Shown piece by piece: positions 28,281 through 37,260 of a DNA stretch of 47,664 bases. Location of the stretch: NCBI GenBank assembly GCA_000991205.1, contig LBRC01000001.1, positions 1-47,664 on the forward strand. The letters run 5' to 3'. The DNA is from Parcubacteria group bacterium GW2011_GWA2_36_10. Lineage in GTDB: Bacteria; Patescibacteriota; Patescibacteriia; UBA1558; GWA2-36-10. Numbering within the stretch: position 1 is the first letter of the stretch; every line of letters begins with the position of its first letter. A model generated the notes under the pieces. That model had not been told where the DNA came from. It saw only the letters and a list, made by a program, of their open reading frames with translations, and ran no database searches. A program made the position numbers and the translations under genes.

Positions 28281-30272
28281 ATTAAGCACCTTACTATTAT
28301 AAGACTCTAATATAAAATCGATTATTTTAGTATCACCTTCACTAGGCACAAAACCCCTGTCTATGGCCTGTTGATAATAATCACGTGCTGTGTTTATATC
28401 TCCTAAAAATAAGTGAATGCGAGCTAAGTACCAATAACCATAGTAAAGTTGGGTGTCATCTTTAACGATTTTTTCCATCAACACTCTTGCCTCGTCAATC
28501 TTTTCTGATTGTACTAGATAATTAAAATACAAAAAATTAAGTTCTTGTTTTTCATCACTAATATTACTAGCTCTTGCAAAAATATTCTCTATCTCTGCAC
28601 CCTTATCTTCTCCTAAGGTATTTAAGATAATGTTCACTCTCATTAAAAAAAGATAATCAAACATATTACTTTGATTATATTTTTCTAAATTTTTTAAAAT
28701 CTCTGTGTTCAGACTAAATAACAACTCTACATATCTCTCTTTTTGTTCCGTGGTTATGCTAGCTGCTACCAAATATTCAGCATAGTCTCTAACGATCTCT
28801 CGATGCATTGGGCCTAAAGAGCCTAAGCTATTCTCAATTAATAACAAAGCCTCTGTGATATGTTTTTCATGAATCAGAAATCTCACATTCTCATCTAAAC
28901 GATTGGCAGTATAAACTTTGATATTGCCATAAAATAATGCCCAAGAAAAGAAGATAGCGAATAACAAAATAAAAACATTCACAACCAAAAATTTTTTAGA
29001 CGAAATCACACCATCCTCTTCTGTATCTTTAGTCATGTAAGCTATAAAAGCTAGGGATAAAAATAGCCAAAGATAAAAAGTTGGATGTAAAAAAGAAAAA
29101 AGTAATTGAGTCATTATAGAAAAAAGTAAAGATAAAAACAAGGAAAAAAATATTTTTCTTCTTGATTTCTTAATTTTTTTAATGACCTTATAAATAGCTG
29201 AAGCAAAAATTGCTAAAAAAGACCCAAAACCCAAGACACCTAGGCCAACTAAAATATCTAAATAATAATTGTGTGCGTAATCAAAAAAGGTATCACCCCA
29301 TCCACGGCGCAAAAATTCAGCTTTATAGTTACTATTAAAAGCTGTGCTAAAATTATTAAACCCCCAACCCAAAGGTTTTTCCTTAAAAGCCCCTATTGCC
29401 ACTTGGGATACTAACACACGATTACTAACACTGCCTCCTAGATTTTTTATATCCGATAAATTATTTACTATGGGGATATTTTTTATTATCTTATTATTAG
29501 GAAAAAATATACCGGCAAAAATAAAAGCTAGGCTTATAACCATTAGTGCTACTAAAGACAATTTTATTTGCTTATTTTTAGCTACAAAAATATACACAAG
29601 AACAAAAATATACACACCAACCAAAAAAGAGAGAAAAGGTCCCCTGCTACCAGAAGCGAATATACCTAAAAGTGCTAAAAGTGCTAAAAAGTAAGCACCA
29701 TAACGCTCCCACTTTACATTCGTCAAAAAACTAAATAAAAAACAAAACCAAAATAAAAATAAAGAATACTCACCAAAATATATAGAATTACCCAATGTAC
29801 TTGGCACCCTAGAAATGTCTAAAATTTTCCACTCATAAAAACCCTTACAAAGAATAAAAAAAGAAACAACGAAAAGAAAGCGTAAAAAAATACGCCAATC
29901 TTTTTCCTCAAAGATAGTCATCAGTAAAACAGCGAAAATAAAGTAGTGGATTAAACTAAAAATTCCATCCATCCTCTCGTGCCCATTAAAAAAACTAAAA
30001 TTCCAATCTACTCCAAAATAAGAAATAATAATAGTTAAAAATAAAAATAAAAAACCACTCATAACTAGAAAATTATTTCGTGGTAAATATTCTCTATGTT
30101 TATAAACCAAAATCAAATACAAAATGACTGCCAAATCAATTAAAGATCTAAAATAAATAACTTTTGTGAAAACAAATGGAAAAATTACCCCCACATCCAC
30201 GATTAAGGGGCTAAGTAATGTAGCTAATAATAAAAATTTAATTGAATAAAGAATTTTATTTTTGCTAAACAT
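28272..30272 (-). CDS. Wzy_C-family membrane protein with C-terminal TPR domain
   Basis: 666 aa. SGSRGPFLSFLVGVYIFVL, EKPLGWGFNNFSTAFNSNY, FFDYAHNYYLDILVGLGVLG. C-terminal TPR-like segment: YGYWYLARIHLFLGDINTARDYYQQAIDRG. Confidence 0.8.
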   Translation of the reverse strand: MFSKNKILYSIKFLLLATLLSPLIVDVGVIFPFVFTKVIYFRSLIDLAVILYLILVYKHREYLPRNNFLVMSGFLFLFLTIIISYFGVDWNFSFFNGHERMDGIFSLIHYFIFAVLLMTIFEEKDWRIFLRFLFVVSFFILCKGFYEWKILDISRVPSTLGNSIYFGEYSLFLFWFCFLFSFLTNVKWERYGAYFLALLALLGIFASGSRGPFLSFLVGVYIFVLVYIFVAKNKQIKLSLVALMVISLAFIFAGIFFPNNKIIKNIPIVNNLSDIKNLGGSVSNRVLVSQVAIGAFKEKPLGWGFNNFSTAFNSNYKAEFLRRGWGDTFFDYAHNYYLDILVGLGVLGFGSFLAIFASAIYKVIKKIKKSRRKIFFSLFLSLLFSIMTQLLFSFLHPTFYLWLFLSLAFIAYMTKDTEEDGVISSKKFLVVNVFILLFAIFFSWALFYGNIKVYTANRLDENVRFLIHEKHITEALLLIENSLGSLGPMHREIVRDYAEYLVAASITTEQKERYVELLFSLNTEILKNLEKYNQSNMFDYLFLMRVNIILNTLGEDKGAEIENIFARASNISDEKQELNFLYFNYLVQSEKIDEARVLMEKIVKDDTQLYYGYWYLARIHLFLGDINTARDYYQQAIDRGFVPSEGDTKIIDFILESYNSKVLNLE

Positions 30273-30281
30273 TGTCTATGG

Positions 30282-30950
30282 TTATTTAATTTCTGTTTTT
30301 AATTCGTCAATGACCGCTTGAAATTGTGGGTGATCTTTGACTAAAAGTAAATAAACCTCTAGCGCCTCATTTTTAAAGCCCATATTACGCAAATACCAAC
30401 CCTTCAACTGTAATAAAGGCGCTTTGTCAACTGCATAAGTTATGGCTTTATCTAATAAATCAATAACTTCTTTTTTATCTTTTTTTAATTTGTAAAAATA
30501 CAAATCTACTAACTGTTTATGTGTAATATATTCGACCGGACTAATCTTTAAAGCTGATAAATATTGCTCTTCTGCTAAATTATAATCCCCCAAAAGCTCA
30601 TAAATGTTACCGAGATTATTCAAAGGCACAATGTTTGTATTATTAGCATATTTAATCGCTTCTTTATAAGCACTAATTGCTAGATTATAATCACGATTAT
30701 CTATGGTGATATCACCAATTGACTTCCAAAAAAACCCAGAAGTCAAATAATACTCTATTGCGGTATTTTTGTCATAACCCTTATCAGTCAATGATTTTAT
30801 TTCACCCAATAAAGATGTGACTCTAGCATCACTTTCAAGCTCACGAATACGTTTTTTAGCCAGATCAACATTATTTATTGAATAAAAAATATAAAATAAC
30901 ACTGCTAATAAAATAACACTGCTAATAAAAAATATTTTTTTCATTTTCAT
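30282..30950 (-). CDS. membrane-anchored TPR repeat protein
   Basis: 222 aa with an N-terminal hydrophobic anchor (IFFISSVILLAVLFYIFYSI). Repeated TPR-like units follow (WKSIGDITIDNRDYNLAISAYKEAIKY, LGNIYELLGDYNLAEEQYLSALKISP). Confidence 0.75.
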   Translation of the reverse strand: MKMKKIFFISSVILLAVLFYIFYSINNVDLAKKRIRELESDARVTSLLGEIKSLTDKGYDKNTAIEYYLTSGFFWKSIGDITIDNRDYNLAISAYKEAIKYANNTNIVPLNNLGNIYELLGDYNLAEEQYLSALKISPVEYITHKQLVDLYFYKLKKDKKEVIDLLDKAITYAVDKAPLLQLKGWYLRNMGFKNEALEVYLLLVKDHPQFQAVIDELKTEIK

Positions 30951-30954
30951 ATAT

Positions 30955-33189
30955 TTATAAAGAAATATTATATTTTTTTAAAAATTCTTTTGCCTCCGGT
31001 ATCATACCAGGATCAATTTCTATGGCTTTTGACATATATTCTATGACCTTATCATCATCTTCTAATATCGCATAAACCGAGGCCAGCCTCGCGTACCAAT
31101 TGGCGTTATTAGGATTTTCTTGTATTAATAATTCATATAAGGGTATAATTTTTTTGTAATCCCCCAGACTAGCATAGATATCTATTAAATACAAAATCTT
31201 ATTTCCTTTACCTAGCGCAAAACCTAAATCCATAGCTTTTTCAAATTCTGTCACAGCTCCTTCAAAATTATCTCCGGCTGACAACACAACACCAAGAAAC
31301 CAATGCGGCTCCGAAAAATTATCATTTTTTTCTATCAAAACTCGTAATGTATTTTCAGCTTCAGATAAATTACCAGAGGCTAACAAATACCTAGCTCGCA
31401 GAAAACCGATATACTGCCGATCCTGATTGACTAGCTCTGCTCGATCTAAATAGGCTAGAGCCGGTTCATAATATTTAATGTCAACATATTCAGCTCTATT
31501 ACCATAGAGCTGAGCTAACCAAAAATTTAACAAATAATTATCCTCTAAACTTTTACTTTTTTTCTCTAAAATATTGCCTAAATTTTGATAAATATTATCT
31601 AAGTTATCGCCTTGTTTCAAAGTGTCACCAAAATTGATTAAATCCGAACTTAATTCAATCGCCTGTTCCCATGCATAAACGTCTTTATAATTTAAGGATT
31701 TTTGTGCCTTAGCTTGCCACAAAACCAAGTCATTAGACATCCTAGCATTCCTAGCATCTACTAAATATTTAGACATTATCAAAATCCGAGTTGACCATAT
31801 GATACTCACAATAGAAAAAAATAAAATAAACACTAAGAATATGTTATAATAATTTTTAATCAATACTATCTTTTTGACATCTAAAGATTTGGCTTGCAAA
31901 AAGGCTAAAATTACAAAAAGATAAATAAGGGTATTAGTGGATTCTGCGGCAAACATACTCTGCACGATATAAGTTATCAAAGTGCTAAAAAATAAAATTA
32001 AATGCAATTTATTAGACCGAAATAACTGATAACTTTTTTTAATAACTAAATAAATAATGGCAATAAAAAATAAAAAACCAAGGCCACCAAAAGAAACTAA
32101 TATCTCTAAAAATTCATTGTGTGGAATATCCCAAACAGTTTCGCCTAAACCATAGCTTAAAAAATTTGGATTATAAAACTTATCAAAAGCAAATTGAAAA
32201 TTACTTGCCCCCCAGCCAATAATTGGTCTATCTAAAAACCCCTTAAAAGCTACACCCCATGCCATTAATCTAGTCTCTGCACCTAGGCTACTCGTAGATA
32301 AATTAAAAACTTGGGCTATATTAGCCGGCAACAAAGAACGAGCTTGCAAGCCCATAGGTAAATAGAGATACAAAATAAAAGATAAGGCCAAGGCTAAAAT
32401 AAGAGCACTAAACAGCTTAACTTTTTTATTTTGTTGAAGAAAAAAAATAAAACCACCTAATAAAAAAAATAAACCAACAAAAAAAGCTAGAACTGCACCT
32501 CTGGTACCAGAAGCAAAAATAGTAATAATACTCAAAATAAAAGTAATATAATAGAAAATTTGCCATTTTTTATTTTTATCCTCAAAAATAGCTAATGACA
32601 AAATAATAATCAAAACACAAAGATAAGAGGCTAATACAATTGGGTTGCCCATCAAACCACTCAAGCGAGTGTAAGAGCTTGGGACAATGCTATAAAAAAA
32701 AGTAAGCTTTGGTCCTAACCAAGCTATTAAAATACTCAAAAAACCTACAGAAGCTGTAATACGAAAAACTTTTTGCCAAGCATTTGACTGAAACAAATTT
32801 CTTAACAATACATAATAAAGATAAAAATGGAATACAATCAAAATACCATTCGCTCTAGTAATAGTGCCGAAAAAAGCTCTAGTGACATCAAAAGCGAAAA
32901 AGCTAAGACCAATGCAGAGTGCAAAAAATACAGCTAACCATTTATCCAAATTATTAAATTTTATCTCAATTTGTTTCTGATGAAAACAATCAAAAACAGT
33001 CAATATTAATAAAACATCTATCAGAATTACCAATAAAATTGTCTTACCAAAATGCCAAGGCTGAAAACTAAATTCGGTAAAAATCAAGGGTATAAATAAT
33101 GGCCACAAAAGTAAATTGTCTCTTATTTTAGCTAAATTCATATTTATATAATAACTGAAAATAAAACAAAAAGAAAGGCCTAGCCTCAA
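30955..33189 (-). CDS. Wzy_C-family membrane protein with C-terminal TPR domain (real start probably 33141)
   Basis: 744-aa ORF. SGTRGAVLAFFVGLFFLL, DRPIIGWGASNFQFAFDKFY, WDIPHNEFLEILVSFGGLG. C-terminal TPRs: AEYVDIKYYEPALAYLDRA, YASLGDYKKIIPLYELLIQENPNNANWYARLASVY. The first 16 codons overlap the terminator hairpin of the upstream gene, so MNLAKIRDN at 33141 is the more likely start. Confidence 0.8.
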   Translation of the reverse strand: MRLGLSFCFIFSYYINMNLAKIRDNLLLWPLFIPLIFTEFSFQPWHFGKTILLVILIDVLLILTVFDCFHQKQIEIKFNNLDKWLAVFFALCIGLSFFAFDVTRAFFGTITRANGILIVFHFYLYYVLLRNLFQSNAWQKVFRITASVGFLSILIAWLGPKLTFFYSIVPSSYTRLSGLMGNPIVLASYLCVLIIILSLAIFEDKNKKWQIFYYITFILSIITIFASGTRGAVLAFFVGLFFLLGGFIFFLQQNKKVKLFSALILALALSFILYLYLPMGLQARSLLPANIAQVFNLSTSSLGAETRLMAWGVAFKGFLDRPIIGWGASNFQFAFDKFYNPNFLSYGLGETVWDIPHNEFLEILVSFGGLGFLFFIAIIYLVIKKSYQLFRSNKLHLILFFSTLITYIVQSMFAAESTNTLIYLFVILAFLQAKSLDVKKIVLIKNYYNIFLVFILFFSIVSIIWSTRILIMSKYLVDARNARMSNDLVLWQAKAQKSLNYKDVYAWEQAIELSSDLINFGDTLKQGDNLDNIYQNLGNILEKKSKSLEDNYLLNFWLAQLYGNRAEYVDIKYYEPALAYLDRAELVNQDRQYIGFLRARYLLASGNLSEAENTLRVLIEKNDNFSEPHWFLGVVLSAGDNFEGAVTEFEKAMDLGFALGKGNKILYLIDIYASLGDYKKIIPLYELLIQENPNNANWYARLASVYAILEDDDKVIEYMSKAIEIDPGMIPEAKEFLKKYNISL

Positions 33190-33201
33190 ATGAGGCTAGG
33201 C
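33178..33201 (-). terminator. rho-independent terminator of the S-layer-like gene
   Basis: GCCTAGCCTCA aa TGAGGCTAGGC forms a 10-11 bp GC-rich stem. On the minus strand it is followed by CTTTCTTTTTGTTTTATTTT. It lies 38 nt after the stop of 33239..36865. Confidence 0.7.
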
Positions 33202-33238
33202 TGTTTCTTATTAACAATTCGTACTAAAACTTGCTAAA

Positions 33239-36200
33239 TTAGTAAGTTAAAGTCTTAGGTGTTAATGGCAAGGAGTTGACGGTAGTGATCGAAGAGGTCA
33301 CATCATCAGTCCAAGTAATGTCGCTAGCTTCTAAATTGATAGATAAACTATCAGTCGTGCCAGCATCATTGGTATCCAAAGTTACAAAGAAAGTTTTGGA
33401 GGTACCAGGAGTAATCTCAACGTCAGTAAAGCCAGCGTCGGTAAAAGCTGAATCGGTAAAGTTACCGTTATTCGCTGTGCCGTAGTTAGTTGTGGCTAAA
33501 GCTGAGGTTGCTAGACTATCTTTATAGATAGTCAAAGCTCTGTTAGTAGCAGCTGGAATTGAAATACCGGTTTGATCCATACCAATATTCATAACCTTGA
33601 TAGTAGCTGAATAGTTACCCACGTTAGCGGAGTTGGTAACAACAAATTTAGCTACAGTAGCGCCAGTACCACCGGTTGTTGCTCCTGATGGAGAATCTGA
33701 AGCAAAAGCGGCAGTTAACTTGGTTCTGTAAACTGTCATTTGGTTCACTGTGACGTCAGCATCTGGAGAAGCAGAGAAATCAAGCGTTGCGCCTGTTAAT
33801 TCTGTGCCAGAGCTGACACCAAAAGCAGTTACACCTTCGTTTCCACCATTATAATTAGCTAAAATAGCTAAAGTATGAGTAGATCCAGAAACGGCACCGC
33901 TGCTATAAGGTGTTGCGTCAACTTTGACGGTGACCATAACAGTACTATCAACTGGAATGGTTAAATCTAAATTAGTAAATTTAGCGTGTGCATAAGTTGA
34001 GGTAGCGCTAGTAGTATCAAATTGAACAGTTTGGCCAATTTGAACACCTTCTACAAACAATTTTGCATTCTTCAAAGTACCAGTAGCAGCACTAGAAGTA
34101 TTATCACTAATCACTAACTCTGAAACTCTGACCGCTTCTGAAGCATCAGACGTTAATCTAAAGGTAGCTAATTCATAATCAGTAGCACCCATGACTAATT
34201 GTTGAGCAACAGTTGAATCAGGGTCAGAAGTGATAGTCAAATTACCAGCAGCAGAAAGATAGCCATTCTGCAATGATACATCAGTTGTGTAACTAGCGTC
34301 AGCTGAAGTACTGACACCGGTAGCAGTCACTGAATCAGCTTTAATCACCGGAGTCAAAACAGTAGCAGAGTCTTGGACTGAAGATTTGACATCAGCATAG
34401 ACATCAACTACATATTGTTCACCAGAAGCAATTCTAATCGCTGTGCTTGGTGAGAATGTGTAAGAAGTAGCTGTACCACTAGTATTTAAATTACCGATAG
34501 TTGAACCGATTTGTGTGCCAGATGAGTTCTTTAATTTCAAATTTTGAAAATTATCACCCATTTGACTAACGGTGCTAGCATCTAACATGGCAATTTGTGT
34601 CACATCCACTGCTTCACCAGAACCAGCAGTGACGATAAAGGAAGCAATTTTAGCTTCAGTAGCACCAGCTACACCAGTTGGGCTAGTGGCGCTCTTATCA
34701 CCAAAAGCAGTATTTTCAGATACAACCACTGTACCTGATTGGACGGTCAACGTTCTGCCCTGTTGAGCAGTTGAGCTCAAAGAAGTCAAGGTTGATTGAC
34801 CAACAGCATTAGTAGATCCAGCTGATAAATCAATTCTCAAAGTAGAACCCGCAGCTGTAGAAGAAGCTGTGGTATCCGCTACTGCAGTAACATACTTATA
34901 AGTACCATTTGGAACAATAAAGGTATTACCAAAAGTATAATTAGTACTATCACCAGATGAACCGTTACACTGTAAGGTAGTGTCAGTAGTGCCAATTTGC
35001 GAGCCATCTAACAACAATTTTACATTACTAATATAGTCTGTTGTATCACTACCAGTACAAGTAATAGTCAAATTTTCAACCTTGACTGCTTCACCAGCTG
35101 CATAGAAACTATATTTGGCCAAGGTCAAACCAGTAGCACCATCAGCAATATTGCCTGATGGAGAATCAGTCGCAATACCAACTGTTAAAGTACCACTATC
35201 AATACTAGTACCATTGCCAGTTGTTGGCTGCACAACACCGAAAGCAGTAGTTGTGCCAGTGATGGTGAAAGTGTTATAAACACCATATTCAGTATCATAA
35301 ACCTTTACATCAGCTGATTTTTGAATGGTAAATTTAAATACTCTACCTGAACCACCCATCATATCACCTTTCAAAACTACGATTTTTGATTGGCCAGCTG
35401 TAATAGCAATTGGGCTTGAGCTTAAATCAAAAATAACTGAATTGTCATTAGCGATTTGAGCAGTGGCACCAACTTTGACACCGGCTACTTCTAGTTCTAA
35501 ATTTTGAACATCAGTAGCACTAATGGTACCGACCATGGTGTATTTCATATAGCGAACTTCCATATCTTGTGAGTCAGCGGTCAAAGTCATTCTCCATAAT
35601 TCTTTGTCGGCTTCATCTGCTCTCACTGAAGCTGGGTAACTTCCTGTTTCATATGCATGAGCATATAAATGACCCATGTCAGAAACAGCGGCTGTTTCCA
35701 TCAAATTACCAGTAGCTGGGAAAGTGCCAGAAACTGATCCGGATGATAGAGTGACATCACTAGTTGTGTCTAATTTAAAACCAATAGTTTTACCAGAGGT
35801 GACAGATGTACTACCACGAGCTAAGTCGCCTCTCAAAGTGACGGCTTTAGTTGTTCCAGCTGGCACAGTGAATAGGCCGCTTGTATTTGAGAAGGTGACA
35901 ACCTTATCACTGAATGAAGTATATTCAGCTAATCTAGTCTCACCATCATACAAATATAAATTACCCAAATCAGCATCAGAGGAGATGCCAAAACGAGTAA
36001 ATTTCACAGTGTTTACTTGAACACTACCACTAGCTGAAGCAGTGAAGTTCACAGTTGTAAATGGAATTAAGGCTTGTGGATATTCATTAGCCGTACTATC
36101 AGCTAAAATACTAGCCACAACTGGGGTGGCAGCTGATAAGCTGACGGTCACATTACCACTAGTTTGATTACCACCTTCAACGGCCATAAAGCCTTTCAAA

Positions 36201-36865
36201 GCGGTTTCAGCACCAGTGATAGTAGTACCAGCTGTATAAGAAGCTAGTGACATATTCAAAACATTGGTCAAATTGAAGTTATTAGCTTCAAAAGCATCCA
36301 TTGAGCTAAAAGCTCTCTTGGTGCCATTGTCAATGTAATAATATGTAGTACCATCTTTCACTAAACTACCAGTTGGTAAGGTTGTTGATAAAGCAGTACC
36401 TTCTGGATAAGTAGTGAAAAAGCCTGGGATTAAGTCAACGACTCTTGATGCCCAATTAGCACCAAATAAAGAGCTAGCAATAGCGGCAGTAGGAATATGA
36501 CGAGCAATTCCACCTGGCTCAATAGCAAACACTTTAGCAGTGTCTGAAGTCTTAACTAATTTTGTACCTGGACGAACTGTGACAGCTCCTCCGTTGGTAT
36601 ATAGATCTAATTCTGTTACGGAAACTTTGACAACTGCGTCAAAATTTTCATACCAGGTAAAATATGTCTTCATATCTGGAAAGACATACTTCTTGCCATC
36701 GTTACCAATGTAATATACAGCAGCGCCGGCAGTGTTAGCTTTAGCTAACAAAGAGCCTGCTCCATAATTACCAGCAGCCTTTGCACTTGGCAAAAGACTA
36801 CCAGACATTGTGAATACAGTAGCAAGAGTTAAAGCAAAGATTGAAATTTTCTTTACTAAATTCAT
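33239..36865 (-). CDS. large secreted Thr/Ser/Ala/Gly/Val-rich repeat protein, S-layer-like / major cell-surface protein candidate
   Basis: 1208 aa with signal peptide MNLVKKISIFALTLATVFTMSGSLLPSAKA and only two Cys. At least six divergent beta-rich repeats share the pattern ...(A/L)x(F/Y)xxT(A/S)...V.V....F...G......N..L...G..(I/V)G. Much higher GC than its neighbours (27/60 in line 34561-34620). It has its own terminator and a long leader. Confidence 0.7.
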   Translation of the reverse strand: MNLVKKISIFALTLATVFTMSGSLLPSAKAAGNYGAGSLLAKANTAGAAVYYIGNDGKKYVFPDMKTYFTWYENFDAVVKVSVTELDLYTNGGAVTVRPGTKLVKTSDTAKVFAIEPGGIARHIPTAAIASSLFGANWASRVVDLIPGFFTTYPEGTALSTTLPTGSLVKDGTTYYYIDNGTKRAFSSMDAFEANNFNLTNVLNMSLASYTAGTTITGAETALKGFMAVEGGNQTSGNVTVSLSAATPVVASILADSTANEYPQALIPFTTVNFTASASGSVQVNTVKFTRFGISSDADLGNLYLYDGETRLAEYTSFSDKVVTFSNTSGLFTVPAGTTKAVTLRGDLARGSTSVTSGKTIGFKLDTTSDVTLSSGSVSGTFPATGNLMETAAVSDMGHLYAHAYETGSYPASVRADEADKELWRMTLTADSQDMEVRYMKYTMVGTISATDVQNLELEVAGVKVGATAQIANDNSVIFDLSSSPIAITAGQSKIVVLKGDMMGGSGRVFKFTIQKSADVKVYDTEYGVYNTFTITGTTTAFGVVQPTTGNGTSIDSGTLTVGIATDSPSGNIADGATGLTLAKYSFYAAGEAVKVENLTITCTGSDTTDYISNVKLLLDGSQIGTTDTTLQCNGSSGDSTNYTFGNTFIVPNGTYKYVTAVADTTASSTAAGSTLRIDLSAGSTNAVGQSTLTSLSSTAQQGRTLTVQSGTVVVSENTAFGDKSATSPTGVAGATEAKIASFIVTAGSGEAVDVTQIAMLDASTVSQMGDNFQNLKLKNSSGTQIGSTIGNLNTSGTATSYTFSPSTAIRIASGEQYVVDVYADVKSSVQDSATVLTPVIKADSVTATGVSTSADASYTTDVSLQNGYLSAAGNLTITSDPDSTVAQQLVMGATDYELATFRLTSDASEAVRVSELVISDNTSSAATGTLKNAKLFVEGVQIGQTVQFDTTSATSTYAHAKFTNLDLTIPVDSTVMVTVKVDATPYSSGAVSGSTHTLAILANYNGGNEGVTAFGVSSGTELTGATLDFSASPDADVTVNQMTVYRTKLTAAFASDSPSGATTGGTGATVAKFVVTNSANVGNYSATIKVMNIGMDQTGISIPAATNRALTIYKDSLATSALATTNYGTANNGNFTDSAFTDAGFTDVEITPGTSKTFFVTLDTNDAGTTDSLSINLEASDITWTDDVTSSITTVNSLPLTPKTLTY

Positions 36866-37236
36866 GAATTCTTTTGTTTAATTAATAAAATGTTCTTTAA
36901 GCAAATAAATTTACCTTGACTAAATTATCAGCATCCAAATGCATTTGGACTGGATCCGCCTTTGGCGGAAAACCACAATGCCTAGTTCCTCCCAAATAAA
37001 TGAGATCGACCTTGCTGATCACTAAGCTTGTAGGCAATAAAATAGCTCGAGTACGAAACTCGAAAGTAAATATTATTTAAAGTCTTAAGAACAAACAATA
37101 ACCCCTAATCGCGCGCGATATAGCGATAAGTTAGGGATTATAGTCTTTCTTCCGTGCATGGGAACAAAAACTATGTATCCACAACCTATCTCAAAATCCT
37201 GTTTAGGATTCACGCGCTAATTAGATATATTTTCAA
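36866..37236 (-). other. long, comparatively GC-rich, hairpin-dense leader / possible small RNA upstream of the S-layer-like gene
   Basis: No ORF is present. Palindromes/hairpins read directly at 36934-36949 (TCCAAATGCATTTGGA), 36955-36969, 37047-37063, 37103-37136 and 37195-37210. A TATAAT (minus, 37137-37142) has TTGTTC 19 nt upstream. Confidence 0.4.
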
Positions 37237-37256
37237 CCTGCCTGCCGGCAGGCAGG
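37237..37256 (-). terminator. GC-rich hairpin right after the anti-sigma-like gene (terminator-like, weak U tract)
   Basis: CCTGCCTGCC GGCAGGCAGG is a perfect 20-nt palindrome starting 5 nt after the stop at 37261. The downstream minus-strand sequence TTGAAAATATAT has only a short T run. Confidence 0.5.
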
Positions 37257-37260
37257 AAAA

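Noticed and set aside
37174-37183. TGTATCCACA, an 8/9 match to the TTATCCACA DnaA box, in the surface-protein leader.
   Set aside because: It is a single isolated occurrence far from any dnaA in the AT-rich segment, and is expected by chance.
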